A stretch of DNA of 32,000 nt from Desulfobulbus propionicus DSM 2032. Its GTDB lineage: Bacteria; Desulfobacterota; Desulfobulbia; Desulfobulbales; Desulfobulbaceae. Made by a program: the position numbers and the translations under genes. How positions within the stretch are numbered: position 1 is the stretch's first letter; every line of letters starts with the position of its first letter. Shown in pieces: positions 1 to 8,709 of the stretch. The DNA lies in contig NC_014972.1 of NCBI RefSeq assembly GCF_000186885.1, forward strand, positions 90,001 to 122,000, read 5' to 3'. The notes under the pieces were generated by a model that was not told the DNA's origin, did no database searches, and was given only the letters and a program-made list of their open reading frames with translations.

Positions 1-366
1 TGCGGTCGCACCATGAAGCGGATGGAGCGGGTGATGGGCCGCAGCGATGACATGCTGATCATCAAGGGGGTCAACGTGTTCCCCATGCAGATCGAGAAGG
101 TGCTGTTCGAGGTCGAGGGCACCGAGCCCCATTACCAGATCCTTGTCGAGCGGGAAAACCATGCCGACAAGATCACCGTATTGGTCGAGGTGGTGGAATC
201 GATCTTCTTCGACGAGATGAAGAAACAGCGGATGGTGATCGACCGGATCAAAAGCCGGCTGGCGTCGGAAGTGGGGATCAGTGTCGAGGTCAAACTGGTG
301 GAGGAGAAAACGCTAGAGCGTTCGGAGGGCAAGGCCAAGCGGGTTATCGATCGCAGAAAATTGTAA
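1..366 (+). CDS. paaK: Phenylacetate-CoA ligase family, C-terminal part (5' truncated by window edge)
   Basis: Reading frame is open from base 1 (CGRTMKRMERVMGRSDDMLIIKGVNVFPMQIEKVLFEVEG...HYQILVERE...KITVLVEV), typical of the C-terminal domain of phenylacetate-CoA ligases. Confidence 0.88.
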   Translation, partial: CGRTMKRMERVMGRSDDMLIIKGVNVFPMQIEKVLFEVEGTEPHYQILVERENHADKITVLVEVVESIFFDEMKKQRMVIDRIKSRLASEVGISVEVKLVEEKTLERSEGKAKRVIDRRKL

Positions 367-590
367 AAAATGGCCGGTGGCCGTGAAAAGAGTGGACACC
401 GAGCCAAAAAGGGTGATTAGCTGTAACCAGTAGTGAATAAACGCATTCCTGCCCGATGGACGCAGAGGCCTGTTCGTGGGCGCTTCTGTTTGCCATCAGG
501 CGACCCGTGGCGTCATGGCCCAGATGGGATGACCTTCCCGATCGAAGCCTGCCGCCTTCTGTTTTCTCAATCACCGTAAAGGAGAAGTGT

Positions 591-1319
591 ATGAAGTTGC
601 ATGTTGTTGGTCTGATGGTCCTGCTGGTGGCAGCGAGGACAGTTTGTGCGGCCGATCAACCGATGGAGTTGAAAAACGACGAACAGAAGCTGAGTTATGC
701 CATGGGCCTTGATCTTGGGGAGTACTTCAAGGGGCTGGAGGATAAATTTGATTTGCAGGCCCTCAACCAAGGCATTGTCGACAGCTACAATGGCAACAAA
801 CCGTTGCTCAGTGCCGCCGATGCGGCCGCGATTCAGCAGAATTTCGCCAAAAAGCAACAGGAGAAGCAGATCCAGAAGACCGTGGCCATGGTGCAGAAAA
901 ACCGCAAGGCCGCCGAGGAGTTTCTCAAGGCAAACAAGGGCAAGGAAGGGGTGACCGAAACCAAGTCCGGGTTGCAGTACAAGGTGGTGAAAAAAGGGCA
1001 GGGCGCCAAGCCGGCGCCGACCGACATGGTCAAGGTGCAATACAAGGGCACGCTGATCGACGGCAAGGAATTCGACAGTTCCTACAAGCGCAATGAGCCG
1101 GCGGAGTTTCAAGTGAATCAGGTGATCGCCGGCTGGCAGGAAGCCCTACCGCTGATGGAAGTCGGGTCCACCTATGAATTGTATATCCCACCGGACCTTG
1201 CGTACGGCGACCGCGGCGCTCCTCCGGTGATCGAGCCTGGCTCCATGCTGATTTTCCAGGTCGAGCTGCTCGAGATCCTGCAGCCGGCAAAAGAGAAAGA
1301 AAAGGAGAAAAAGGAATAA
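591..1319 (+). CDS. FKBP-type peptidyl-prolyl cis-trans isomerase (FkpA/Mip-like), exported
   Basis: Start at MKLHVVGLMVLLVAARTVCAAD (signal peptide) after a GGAG-like RBS. N-terminal dimerisation-like region (KLSYAMGLDLGEYFK) and FKBP core (TDMVKVQYKGTLIDGKEFDSSY...VIAGWQEALPLMEVGSTYELYIPPDLAYGDRGAPPVIEPGSMLIFQVELLEI). Confidence 0.95.
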   Translation: MKLHVVGLMVLLVAARTVCAADQPMELKNDEQKLSYAMGLDLGEYFKGLEDKFDLQALNQGIVDSYNGNKPLLSAADAAAIQQNFAKKQQEKQIQKTVAMVQKNRKAAEEFLKANKGKEGVTETKSGLQYKVVKKGQGAKPAPTDMVKVQYKGTLIDGKEFDSSYKRNEPAEFQVNQVIAGWQEALPLMEVGSTYELYIPPDLAYGDRGAPPVIEPGSMLIFQVELLEILQPAKEKEKEKKE

Positions 1320-1432
1320 CCCCCTTTGCAACCCGTGACGTCAACCCTATCGTTCATGCATGCGGCATGATATGCACCTGGAACCTCGATCAGGAATGAA
1401 TGTGTTGTTGGCCACTGCGCAGGAGGCGGACC

Positions 1433-1594
1433 ATGGGGAAAGACAAGAAGAAAAAAAAAGACAAATGCTGCGGGGCCTACTTGAAGAAAGGCAAGATGTG
1501 CAGCAATTGTCCTTTGCAGGATAAAGAAAAGAAAAAATCGAAGGAAAAGAAAAAGAAAAAGAAGGACAAGAAGAAAAAAGACAAGAAAAAGTAA
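1433..1594 (+). CDS. Small Lys-rich protein with a Cys cluster (CCGAYLKKGKMCSNCP)
   Basis: 53-aa ORF MGKDKKKKKDKCCGAYLKKGKMCSNCPLQDKEKKKSKEKKKKKKDKKKKDKKK. AGGAGG upstream of ATG; strong terminator follows. Confidence 0.7.
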   Translation: MGKDKKKKKDKCCGAYLKKGKMCSNCPLQDKEKKKSKEKKKKKKDKKKKDKKK

Positions 1595-1631
1595 AAAGTA
1601 GGTTCGTCTTTTTCCCCTTCCCTGGAGCCAG

Positions 1632-1665
1632 GCCGGCCATCGCATCGCGATGGCCGGCTTTTTTT
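1632..1665. terminator. Rho-independent terminator between convergent genes
   Basis: Perfect 12-bp stem GCCGGCCATCGC-ATC-GCGATGGCCGGC followed by T8 on the + strand. Confidence 0.9.
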
Positions 1666-2346
1666 TTATCCCTGAAGAGGAGCCGCTGCCTCCGGTTGCG
1701 GGCGTTGCGGGGTGGCAAGCAGCCCTTCGAGCAGGACAAATCGACCCAGCGGGTGAACCTGGCAGGGAAAGCTGGCCACAAACAGGGGATTGTCGCACAG
1801 CCCTCCAGAGAGATAAAGCTCCTGGGGTTCCTGGGCAAAACGGTAGGCGTTGAGGGCGATGCCGCGGACAAACTGGGCGACTGCGGTGGCCTCCGGCACG
1901 CCGGACACCACCGCGTCGAAGATGTGGCTCATGCCAAGCACTCCGCAGGTGATGGAAAAGCCGGTGGAAGGGACCGGCAGGGCCGCGTAATCAAGCTGGT
2001 AGTAAGTGGCGAGCAGTTCGATGGTGAAGCCCATGGAGGCACCGCATTCGGCATTCCAGCCCATGTCCATCACCTCTCCATGGCGAAAACGGACGTACTT
2101 AATGTCCCGGCTGCCGCAATCGAGCAGGACAAAATCGGACCGGTTGATGAGACGTCCTCCGCCCCTGGCCAGGGCCGTCAATTCGTTGATGCTGCGTTTG
2201 CTCCTGCGGGCGGCGTTGTGGCCGGTGCCGAGATCGGCAAGGAAATCGGGAGGCAGATCCCGGGTGGCGATGATCCGGGGAGCGTTGCTCTCCGCAGTAT
2301 CGAGAATCTTGCAGTAGGAGGTGCCGAAATCCGCCAGCAGCATCAA
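1666..2346 (-). CDS. BadF/BadG/BcrA/BcrD-type ATPase (2-hydroxyacyl-CoA dehydratase activator-like)
   Basis: MMLLADFGTSYCKILD... LLDCGSRDIKYVRF... NAECGASMGFTIE... LSGGLCDNPLF: ASKHA-fold ATPase pattern. Confidence 0.72.
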   Translation of the reverse strand: MMLLADFGTSYCKILDTAESNAPRIIATRDLPPDFLADLGTGHNAARRSKRSINELTALARGGGRLINRSDFVLLDCGSRDIKYVRFRHGEVMDMGWNAECGASMGFTIELLATYYQLDYAALPVPSTGFSITCGVLGMSHIFDAVVSGVPEATAVAQFVRGIALNAYRFAQEPQELYLSGGLCDNPLFVASFPCQVHPLGRFVLLEGLLATPQRPQPEAAAPLQG

Positions 2347-3095
2347 CCGTTCCCCCGTTGCGGGTCAATGCCGGAGAGTTCGAGAAAGGCCTCGATCTTG
2401 GCGCGGGTGGAACTGGACACGCTGACGTCGCAATCAATGGCCAAGGCACGGGGATGCTTGGCCGCCAGGTGTTTGGCCAGCGCCGATTTGGCGCAAAAGG
2501 ACTGGGAGAAAAAGACGGTGGGGATGGTAGGATCGACCACCTGCTCCAGCGCAAAATCAGACGGCGTCTTGTTCTCCATGCATCGGGTCCAGCCGAACAC
2601 GTGGGTGGTATCGGGAAAGGGGGCAAGCAGCGAGAAATCGCGGGGCGGCACGCCCCAGAAGCCGCAGCTCGGTGGGCATGGTTCCAATGGCGGGTAAGCG
2701 GCTGCGGATTGCACGCCCTGGGTGATCCTGCTGAACTTTTCCATCAGCGGCATGCGGCTGGTGCAGAGCGGGTTGCCAAAGGGACGGGTATCCTGATTGC
2801 GGGTGCGGATGACCGGGATGGGGAGCATGTCGGCGAGTATTTCGGCCACGTGCAGGGCGCAATCGCACTTGCCCGGTCCGACATCGATGTACACCCGGTC
2901 CAGGGCGAGATGCAGGCAGTTGAGCACCACGGTTCGGAGAATGGCGCAGTAGACCCGTGGGATGCGGGAGGCCGTCTGATCGATGGGCGCCCGCACCTGC
3001 GGCTCATCCAGGTCGACGATGTGGTCGCCTTGTCGGTTGATTTCTTCAATGACCGCCAGCGGCGGCACGCCGACAATGCCGATCCGTCGAGTCAT
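2343..3095 (-). CDS. Conserved Cys-rich protein, partner of the BadF-type ATPase (HgdB/2-hydroxyacyl-CoA dehydratase-like, tentative)
   Basis: Start MTRRIGIVGVPPLAVIEEINRQGD. Overlaps the BadF-type gene by 4 nt; multiple Cys (CDCALH, PLCTSR, PPSCGFW, WTRCMENK, SFCAKSA). Confidence 0.5.
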   Translation of the reverse strand: MTRRIGIVGVPPLAVIEEINRQGDHIVDLDEPQVRAPIDQTASRIPRVYCAILRTVVLNCLHLALDRVYIDVGPGKCDCALHVAEILADMLPIPVIRTRNQDTRPFGNPLCTSRMPLMEKFSRITQGVQSAAAYPPLEPCPPSCGFWGVPPRDFSLLAPFPDTTHVFGWTRCMENKTPSDFALEQVVDPTIPTVFFSQSFCAKSALAKHLAAKHPRALAIDCDVSVSSSTRAKIEAFLELSGIDPQRGNG

Positions 3096-4177
3096 CAGAC
3101 ATCCTCGCGCAGCAGCAGGAAAAAACCGACACAGCCCACCAGCAGATGGACCGAAATGGCGGCGGCCAGCGGTGGAATATAGCTGGCCTTGGCCAAGGAT
3201 TGCAGGGTGGTGTAGACGCCCCAGCAAAGAAAGGCCATGCCGCAGCTCACCGGGATGGCCAGGGACAGATCCCTGCCCCATTTGCGATAGACCAGCAGCA
3301 GCAACGGCAGGCCCAGAAGAAGCAGGGGCAGGCCAAGGAGGGTGTAGGAGATCCGGCCGTAGAAATCGGCCCAGGCCTTGCTGCGCTCCTCTTCGGAACG
3401 GGTGTGCTGGGTTTCTTTGTACAGCTGCACCAGGGAAAGCTCCATCGATCTGTACGCGGGCACGAAAAAGTCATCGGGAGTTTCCGGGAAATTGATCCTG
3501 CGATTGGTGAAGACCTGGGTCGCGAAGCGGTCGCCGCCGGCTGCTTTCTGAATTTGACCGTTGCGCAGTGTCCACACCCCCTTGTTCCATACGGCGATTT
3601 CCGCGGCAATCAAGGTGTTGGCGGCATGTTCCTTGTCCCAAACCGTGTAGGAAAAATTCTTGAAAAGATTTTTCTGCGGATCAGGGCGGGAAAATGAATA
3701 AAAACCCTCCTGACCGCGATAGTAGTATCGGCCGTTTCGATATATGCCCAGCGGTACCTTACCCTTGATCTCCTTGTTCCAGATTTGGTTGGTGACGGCG
3801 ATGGTCTTGGGAAGAACGTATTGATCCATGGCCAGAAACAACAGGGTGCAGGCCAGGGCCGCGCCGATGATCGGCACGGTGATTTTTTTCAAGGGAATGC
3901 CGCAGGCCTTGAGAGCGATGAGTTCGTTGCTGTGGTTCAAGACCCCCAGGGTCACCACGCCGGCGAGGAGAATGCAAACCGGGCTCATTAAGTCGATGAT
4001 AAAGGGGATATTGGCGAAGAAGAAGGTGGCGATCAGGCTGAACGATTTCCCTTTTTCCAGAAAATTGTCAATTTTTTCAAAGAAATCGATCAGCAAATAG
4101 AGGGTGATGAAGCTCGCCATGATCATGCCGAGGTTGCGGAGAAAATGGGCGAGAATGTATCGGTAGAGCAGTATCAT
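3095..4177 (-). CDS. lptG: LptF/LptG family lipopolysaccharide export permease
   Basis: 360 aa: N-terminal TM helix followed by LYLLIDFFEKIDNFLEKGKS, PVCILLAGVVTLGVLNHSNELIALKACGIPL, C-terminal TM helices. Confidence 0.85.
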   Translation of the reverse strand: MILLYRYILAHFLRNLGMIMASFITLYLLIDFFEKIDNFLEKGKSFSLIATFFFANIPFIIDLMSPVCILLAGVVTLGVLNHSNELIALKACGIPLKKITVPIIGAALACTLLFLAMDQYVLPKTIAVTNQIWNKEIKGKVPLGIYRNGRYYYRGQEGFYSFSRPDPQKNLFKNFSYTVWDKEHAANTLIAAEIAVWNKGVWTLRNGQIQKAAGGDRFATQVFTNRRINFPETPDDFFVPAYRSMELSLVQLYKETQHTRSEEERSKAWADFYGRISYTLLGLPLLLLGLPLLLLVYRKWGRDLSLAIPVSCGMAFLCWGVYTTLQSLAKASYIPPLAAAISVHLLVGCVGFFLLLREDV

Positions 4178-4624
4178 GGGTGATTATGGCAAGGAATCCG
4201 GAAAATTGCCCTGGCTTGCGGCAGACGTTGCATGTGTTTCTTCCCTCATGGCGGAAGAAAAGGAAGTGTCGTGCTTGACGTAGTACCCGCTGCCGTTGTT
4301 CCAGTCAAGGGCAACCGGATATCGACCGGCAGTCCCGGGCAGGGGCAAAGTTCCGGAAAAACGGAGCTTGCACTTCTTTGTGTCTGTGGTAAGTTGTCGC
4401 CTTGGTTTGATGCGTTATGAGTTGTCGTCAAGGGCGCGACAGGGAAAATGCGTGCACGAAGCAGGAAACGTCTGCTTTCCCCTTGTGTTTCCCGAGAGGT
4501 ATTGGTCCGGAACAAGTCGGCCATGAGCGGATGATGGCCGTTGTCCATTGATAAAGCGGCGGATAAGTTCTTTGCTGTGACGCTCTCCCGAGCAAACGGC
4601 AGTGTTTTTTTCTAATCCCGGTCT

Positions 4625-5656
4625 ATGCAGAAACGACTCGAGAAGATTGCCGACAACAACATAACCCGCAGCGCCAGCAAAAACTCGGCCGTGGCCCGCC
4701 TCAACGGCCTGTGGGCCATTTTTGAGAAGAGCGACAATGTCCTGATCGTCATCAGTGCCGATCCGGACGCCATCGCCTCGGCCATGGCGCTCAAGCGCCT
4801 GCTCAGCTACCGGGTGCACAGTGTCACCATCGGCTATCCCAATGAAATTCGGCGCCTCAACAACCTGACCATGGTTGAGCGCCTGAAAATCCCGCTGGAA
4901 CGGCTGCACACCCTGTCGATGAAGGACTACTCCAAGAAAATCCTGCTCGATTCCCAGCCCAACCACTTGGCCTGCTTCGAGAAGATGACCTTCAACGCGG
5001 TGATCGACCATCACCCCGTCACCACGGGCTGGGATGCGGCCTTTATCGACATCCGCCCGGAATATGGCGCGGTTTCCTCAATGATGGTCGAATACCTGCG
5101 CGCTGCCGGCATCAAACCCTCGGTGGCCCTGGCAACCGCTCTGTTTTATGGAGTCAAGGTCGACACCCAGAACTTCCAGAAGCAGAACATGCAGGCCGCC
5201 GACGGCATCTGTTTTCGCTATCTGTTCAACATCGCCAATCTGAACCTGGTGCGCAAATTCGAGCTCACCGAACTGCGGCGTTCGGAGCTGCGCTATTTCC
5301 GCACCGCCCTCAACGAGGTCAAGGCTAGCAAGGGACGGGCCTATGTGCACCTAGGCAAGGTCGGCACCCCGGACATCCTGGTGATCATCGCTGATTTTTT
5401 CAATCGCGTCGAATCGTTTGATTGGGTGATTGTCTCCGGTGTCCATGGCGAGAAGCTGGTGGTTATCTTCCGTTGCGATGGGTATCGGAAGAATGCCGGC
5501 AAGCTGGCAAAAGCCACTTTTGGCCGTTTCGGTCCTGCCGGCGGGCACAAGGAGGCCGCCCGGGCCGAATCGCCGCTGAAAAATTTACCGTTGCGCGAAA
5601 ATCAGGAATTCACCACCAAAACCCTTATCCGCCTCATCACCCAGCATATCAAATAG
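4625..5656 (+). CDS. DHH-family phosphoesterase (NrnA/RecJ-like)
   Basis: VLIVISADPDAIASAMALKRLL, DSQPNHL, NAVIDHHPV motifs, C-terminal DHHA1-like region (VIVSGVHGEKLVVIFRCDGYRKNAGKLA...G..GGHKEAARAES). Confidence 0.85.
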   Translation: MQKRLEKIADNNITRSASKNSAVARLNGLWAIFEKSDNVLIVISADPDAIASAMALKRLLSYRVHSVTIGYPNEIRRLNNLTMVERLKIPLERLHTLSMKDYSKKILLDSQPNHLACFEKMTFNAVIDHHPVTTGWDAAFIDIRPEYGAVSSMMVEYLRAAGIKPSVALATALFYGVKVDTQNFQKQNMQAADGICFRYLFNIANLNLVRKFELTELRRSELRYFRTALNEVKASKGRAYVHLGKVGTPDILVIIADFFNRVESFDWVIVSGVHGEKLVVIFRCDGYRKNAGKLAKATFGRFGPAGGHKEAARAESPLKNLPLRENQEFTTKTLIRLITQHIK

Positions 5657-5844
5657 CCGCGTTCGTCCCAATCGGTTCTGCCGCCGGTTTTCCCGTGGCC
5701 TTTTGCCCCGTCAAGGCCAGATATTGCTTGCGCCTGTACGGAAGTTGGGCATATTATGGCTTGAATATCCATTTCCATTGGCGCCTTGCATCAAGGCCCT
5801 TGCCCTGAACAACGGGCGCCGATATTCCATCCGCACGGTGTTCT

Positions 5845-7101
5845 ATGTACAGACCCTCGACCTTGGCGATGATCCTGGCAGGTGGCCGCGTCGATGAATT
5901 AGGTGTGTTGACGCATTACCGACCAAAATCCGCTGTTCCCTTCGGCGGGTTTGCCCGGGTCATCGATTTTCCCCTGTCCAATCTGCTCCATTCGGGCATC
6001 GAGCGCATCGCCATCCTCAGTCAGTACCGCTCCTATTCCCTGATCAACCACATCGGCACCGGTGCTGCCTGGGACATGATTGGGCGCAACCGGGGCATTT
6101 CCATCCTGCCGCCGTTCAAGGATTACGACAACCCTCACTGGTACAGGGGGAGCGCCGATGCAGTGTATCAGAATATCGATTACATGCAATATTATGGTCC
6201 TTCGGTCATCCTCATCCTCTCCGGCGATCACATCTATCAGATGGATTATCGCAAGATGATCCGCTACCACAACGAACTCGATGCCGACCTGACCGCCGCT
6301 TTTATCGAGGTGCCCCAGGAATCGGCTTCCCGCTTCGGTGTGGCTGAGATCGCCGATGATTTCGAGGACGGGGGCCGCATGCTTTCCTACGAGGAAAAGC
6401 CGGCGGAGCCCAAGGGGCGCTGGGCTTCGTTGACCGTGTTCTGTTTTCGGCCCTCGGTCCTGTTTGAGGTGTTGAAACAAAATCAAGCCGGTGACTCCTA
6501 TGAGTTCGGCCGGGACATCATCCCGATGATGATGCGGCAGCAATACAAGGTGCATGGCTACAAGTTCCGGGGGTATTGGGGCTATACCCGGACTATCGAC
6601 GAATATTGGCAGACCTCGATGGATCTGCTCGGACCGGAACCCAAAATCGATCTCGAGGCCTGGGGTATCCGCACCAACCTGGCCCACCGTAACATCGCCG
6701 ACCGCCAGCCGGTGAAGATCGGTACCCACGGCAGCCTGGACAATTCCATGGCCTACAATGGCTGCATTATTGAGGGCACGGTGCGCAACTCGATTCTCTT
6801 TCCCGGGGTCCATGTGATGGCTGGGGCGGAAATCAACGATTCCATCCTTTTTTTCGACAACATTGTCCACCAGGACGTCCATCTCAACCGGGTGGTCAGC
6901 GACGTCAACACGGTGTACAGCCGTAACGTTCGGGTTGGCGCGCCTCAATGCGATAAAAACAGTCGAGTGAGTGTCATCGGTTGGAACAACAGCGTGCCGG
7001 AAGGGTTTAATGTCGGCTGCGGCTGCCGGGTGGCGCCGCGGATTGCCATGGAGAAGTGGCCGTCCACCAATCGACTCGAAGACGGGGAGGACCTGCAATG
7101 A
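5845..7101 (+). CDS. glgC: GlgC-like glucose-1-phosphate adenylyltransferase / sugar nucleotidyltransferase (first of tandem pair)
   Basis: MILAGGRVDELGVLTHYRPKSAVPFGGFARVIDFPLSN, GTGAAWDMIG, LSGDHIYQMDY, C-terminal left-handed beta-helix region. Confidence 0.88.
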   Translation: MYRPSTLAMILAGGRVDELGVLTHYRPKSAVPFGGFARVIDFPLSNLLHSGIERIAILSQYRSYSLINHIGTGAAWDMIGRNRGISILPPFKDYDNPHWYRGSADAVYQNIDYMQYYGPSVILILSGDHIYQMDYRKMIRYHNELDADLTAAFIEVPQESASRFGVAEIADDFEDGGRMLSYEEKPAEPKGRWASLTVFCFRPSVLFEVLKQNQAGDSYEFGRDIIPMMMRQQYKVHGYKFRGYWGYTRTIDEYWQTSMDLLGPEPKIDLEAWGIRTNLAHRNIADRQPVKIGTHGSLDNSMAYNGCIIEGTVRNSILFPGVHVMAGAEINDSILFFDNIVHQDVHLNRVVSDVNTVYSRNVRVGAPQCDKNSRVSVIGWNNSVPEGFNVGCGCRVAPRIAMEKWPSTNRLEDGEDLQ

Positions 7102-8366
7102 GAGAAAGCGGCGATGCGCTTGTTCTGCTTCTCGCCGGCGGGATTGGCAGCCGGCTGAACCTCCTGGTCGGCCATCGGGCCAAGCCGGCGGTGCCCTTTG
7201 GCGGTATTTACCGGATCATCGACTTCAGTCTGTCCAACGTCATGAACTCCGGCCTCACCCGAGTGGGGGTGCTCACCCAATACAAGCCGCTTTCCCTGAT
7301 GGCCCATATCGGCAATGGCGCGGCTTGGGATTTCACCGGTCGCACCCGCGGTATCAAGATCCTGCCGCCGCGAACCGGAGAAAAGGATTCCGATTGGTAT
7401 AAGGGAACCGCCGACGCCATCCGCCAGAACATCGATTTCATCCTCGCCAACCCCTCGGAGCAGGTGGTGATTCTTTCCGGCGATCATATCTATCGCATGG
7501 ATTTCGATGCCATGCTCTCCTACCACCAACACAAGCGAGCCGATATCACCATCGGCATGATGGTGGTGCCCAAGCGGGACATCCACCAGTTCGGCGCCGG
7601 CATCATCGACAACGAGAACCGTATCGTCGACTGGGAGGAAAAACCCAAGGTGCCGCGAACCAATCTCGCCTCCATGGGCATCTATGTCTTTGACACCCAG
7701 TATCTGCTCCGTGCCCTGGCCCGGGATCGGAAGGAGGTGGATTTCGGCATGGATATCATTCCCCGGGCGATCAACGAAGATCGGGTCTATGCCTACCCTT
7801 TTTACGGTTACTGGCGCGATGTCGGCACCATTCAGTCATATTGGGAGACCAACATGGATATTATCCGCGAAAATTCGGGGATATCTCCAGAGGGATGGGA
7901 AATCCGCCCCAATCCCGAGTACGGCGGTCGCCGCATGGATCGTGCCCCGGCCCGCTTTCTGCCGGGCAGCAAGGCCAGTTCGTCGCTGATTTCCGCTGGC
8001 TGCGTCATCGAAGGCACAGTGATCAATTCGGTGCTGTCGCCGGGCGTGCGGGTCAAGAAAGGGGCCGTGGTCACCAACGCGGTCATTTTTGATGACGGGG
8101 TCATCGAGGATCGGGCCGTGGTGGATCTGGCGATCCTGGACAAACGGGTACGGGTTGGCTCCGGAGCCGTGGTGGGGCACGGCACTAACCTTACCCTGGC
8201 CAACAAACAATTTCCCAAGCACCTTTACACCGGTATTTCCCTGGTGGGCAAGGAGGCCGTTATCCCTGCCGGATCGACGATCGGCCGTAACTGTATCGTC
8301 AATTTCGGCTATTGTGATGAAACATTCAGTGGTCTGGATACGCTGGCCGATGGGGAATCTGCTTGA
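7098..8366 (+). CDS. glgC: Glucose-1-phosphate adenylyltransferase (second of tandem pair)
   Basis: MRESGDALVLLLAGGIGSRLNLLVGHRAKPAVPFGGIYRIIDFSLSN, LSGDHIYRMDFDAML, SYWETNMDI. Start overlaps the previous stop (ATGA). Confidence 0.9.
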   Translation: MRESGDALVLLLAGGIGSRLNLLVGHRAKPAVPFGGIYRIIDFSLSNVMNSGLTRVGVLTQYKPLSLMAHIGNGAAWDFTGRTRGIKILPPRTGEKDSDWYKGTADAIRQNIDFILANPSEQVVILSGDHIYRMDFDAMLSYHQHKRADITIGMMVVPKRDIHQFGAGIIDNENRIVDWEEKPKVPRTNLASMGIYVFDTQYLLRALARDRKEVDFGMDIIPRAINEDRVYAYPFYGYWRDVGTIQSYWETNMDIIRENSGISPEGWEIRPNPEYGGRRMDRAPARFLPGSKASSSLISAGCVIEGTVINSVLSPGVRVKKGAVVTNAVIFDDGVIEDRAVVDLAILDKRVRVGSGAVVGHGTNLTLANKQFPKHLYTGISLVGKEAVIPAGSTIGRNCIVNFGYCDETFSGLDTLADGESA

Positions 8367-8473
8367 AGGCTGTGTCTGCAAAAGAAAGAATAAGAAAGCC
8401 TTGCGTGGAACAGGACAGGTGGTGTATTTTTCCCGCCTGCAACCCATTCTTTCGCCCAAAAAGTCAATGCTCC

Positions 8474-8550
8474 GCTCCAGTAGCTCAGGTGGATAGAGCG
8501 CAGGATTCCTAATCCTGGTGCCGCAGGTTCGAATCCTGCCTGGAGCACCA
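8474..8550 (+). tRNA. tRNA-Arg (anticodon CCT), CCA encoded
   Basis: gctccag...ctggagc acceptor stem, anticodon stem-loop CAGGA-TTCCTAA-TCCTG, T-loop GTTCGAATC, 3' CCA. Confidence 0.95.
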
Positions 8551-8556
8551 TTAAAT

Positions 8557-8596
8557 AAAGGCCAAAAGCTCAAGAAGACTGAGCTTTTGGCCTTTT
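8557..8596 (+). terminator. Rho-independent terminator downstream of tRNA-Arg
   Basis: AAAGGCCAAAAGCTC-AAGAAGACT-GAGCTTTTGGCCTTTTC: perfect 15-bp stem with T-run. Confidence 0.88.
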
Positions 8597-8661
8597 CTTT
8601 TTCATTGATTTTTAGCCTCGCTTGCCATAGGTTGGCCAAAACTAGCCGTCTTTTGCAAAAT

Positions 8662-8709
8662 ATTGCGCCCAAAATTGCGCCCAAAACTGCGCCCGGATTT
8701 ACGCCCAAA
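8662..8709. repeat. Four head-to-tail 12-bp direct repeats abutting the integrase start
   Basis: ATTGCGCCCAAA / ATTGCGCCCAAA / ACTGCGCCCGGA / TTTACGCCCAAA, then ATG at 8710. Confidence 0.8.

Noticed and set aside
1500-1594. A-rich low-complexity tract as a DNA repeat element
   Set aside because: Explained by poly-Lys codons of the small Lys/Cys-rich protein.
1696-2697. 333-aa + strand ORF (and 2358..3182 +)
   Set aside because: Antisense to the BadF-like ATPase and its partner; no coding signatures.
5899-7098. 399-aa minus-strand ORF opposite glgC
   Set aside because: Mirror ORF of the conserved GlgC coding frame; no independent evidence.
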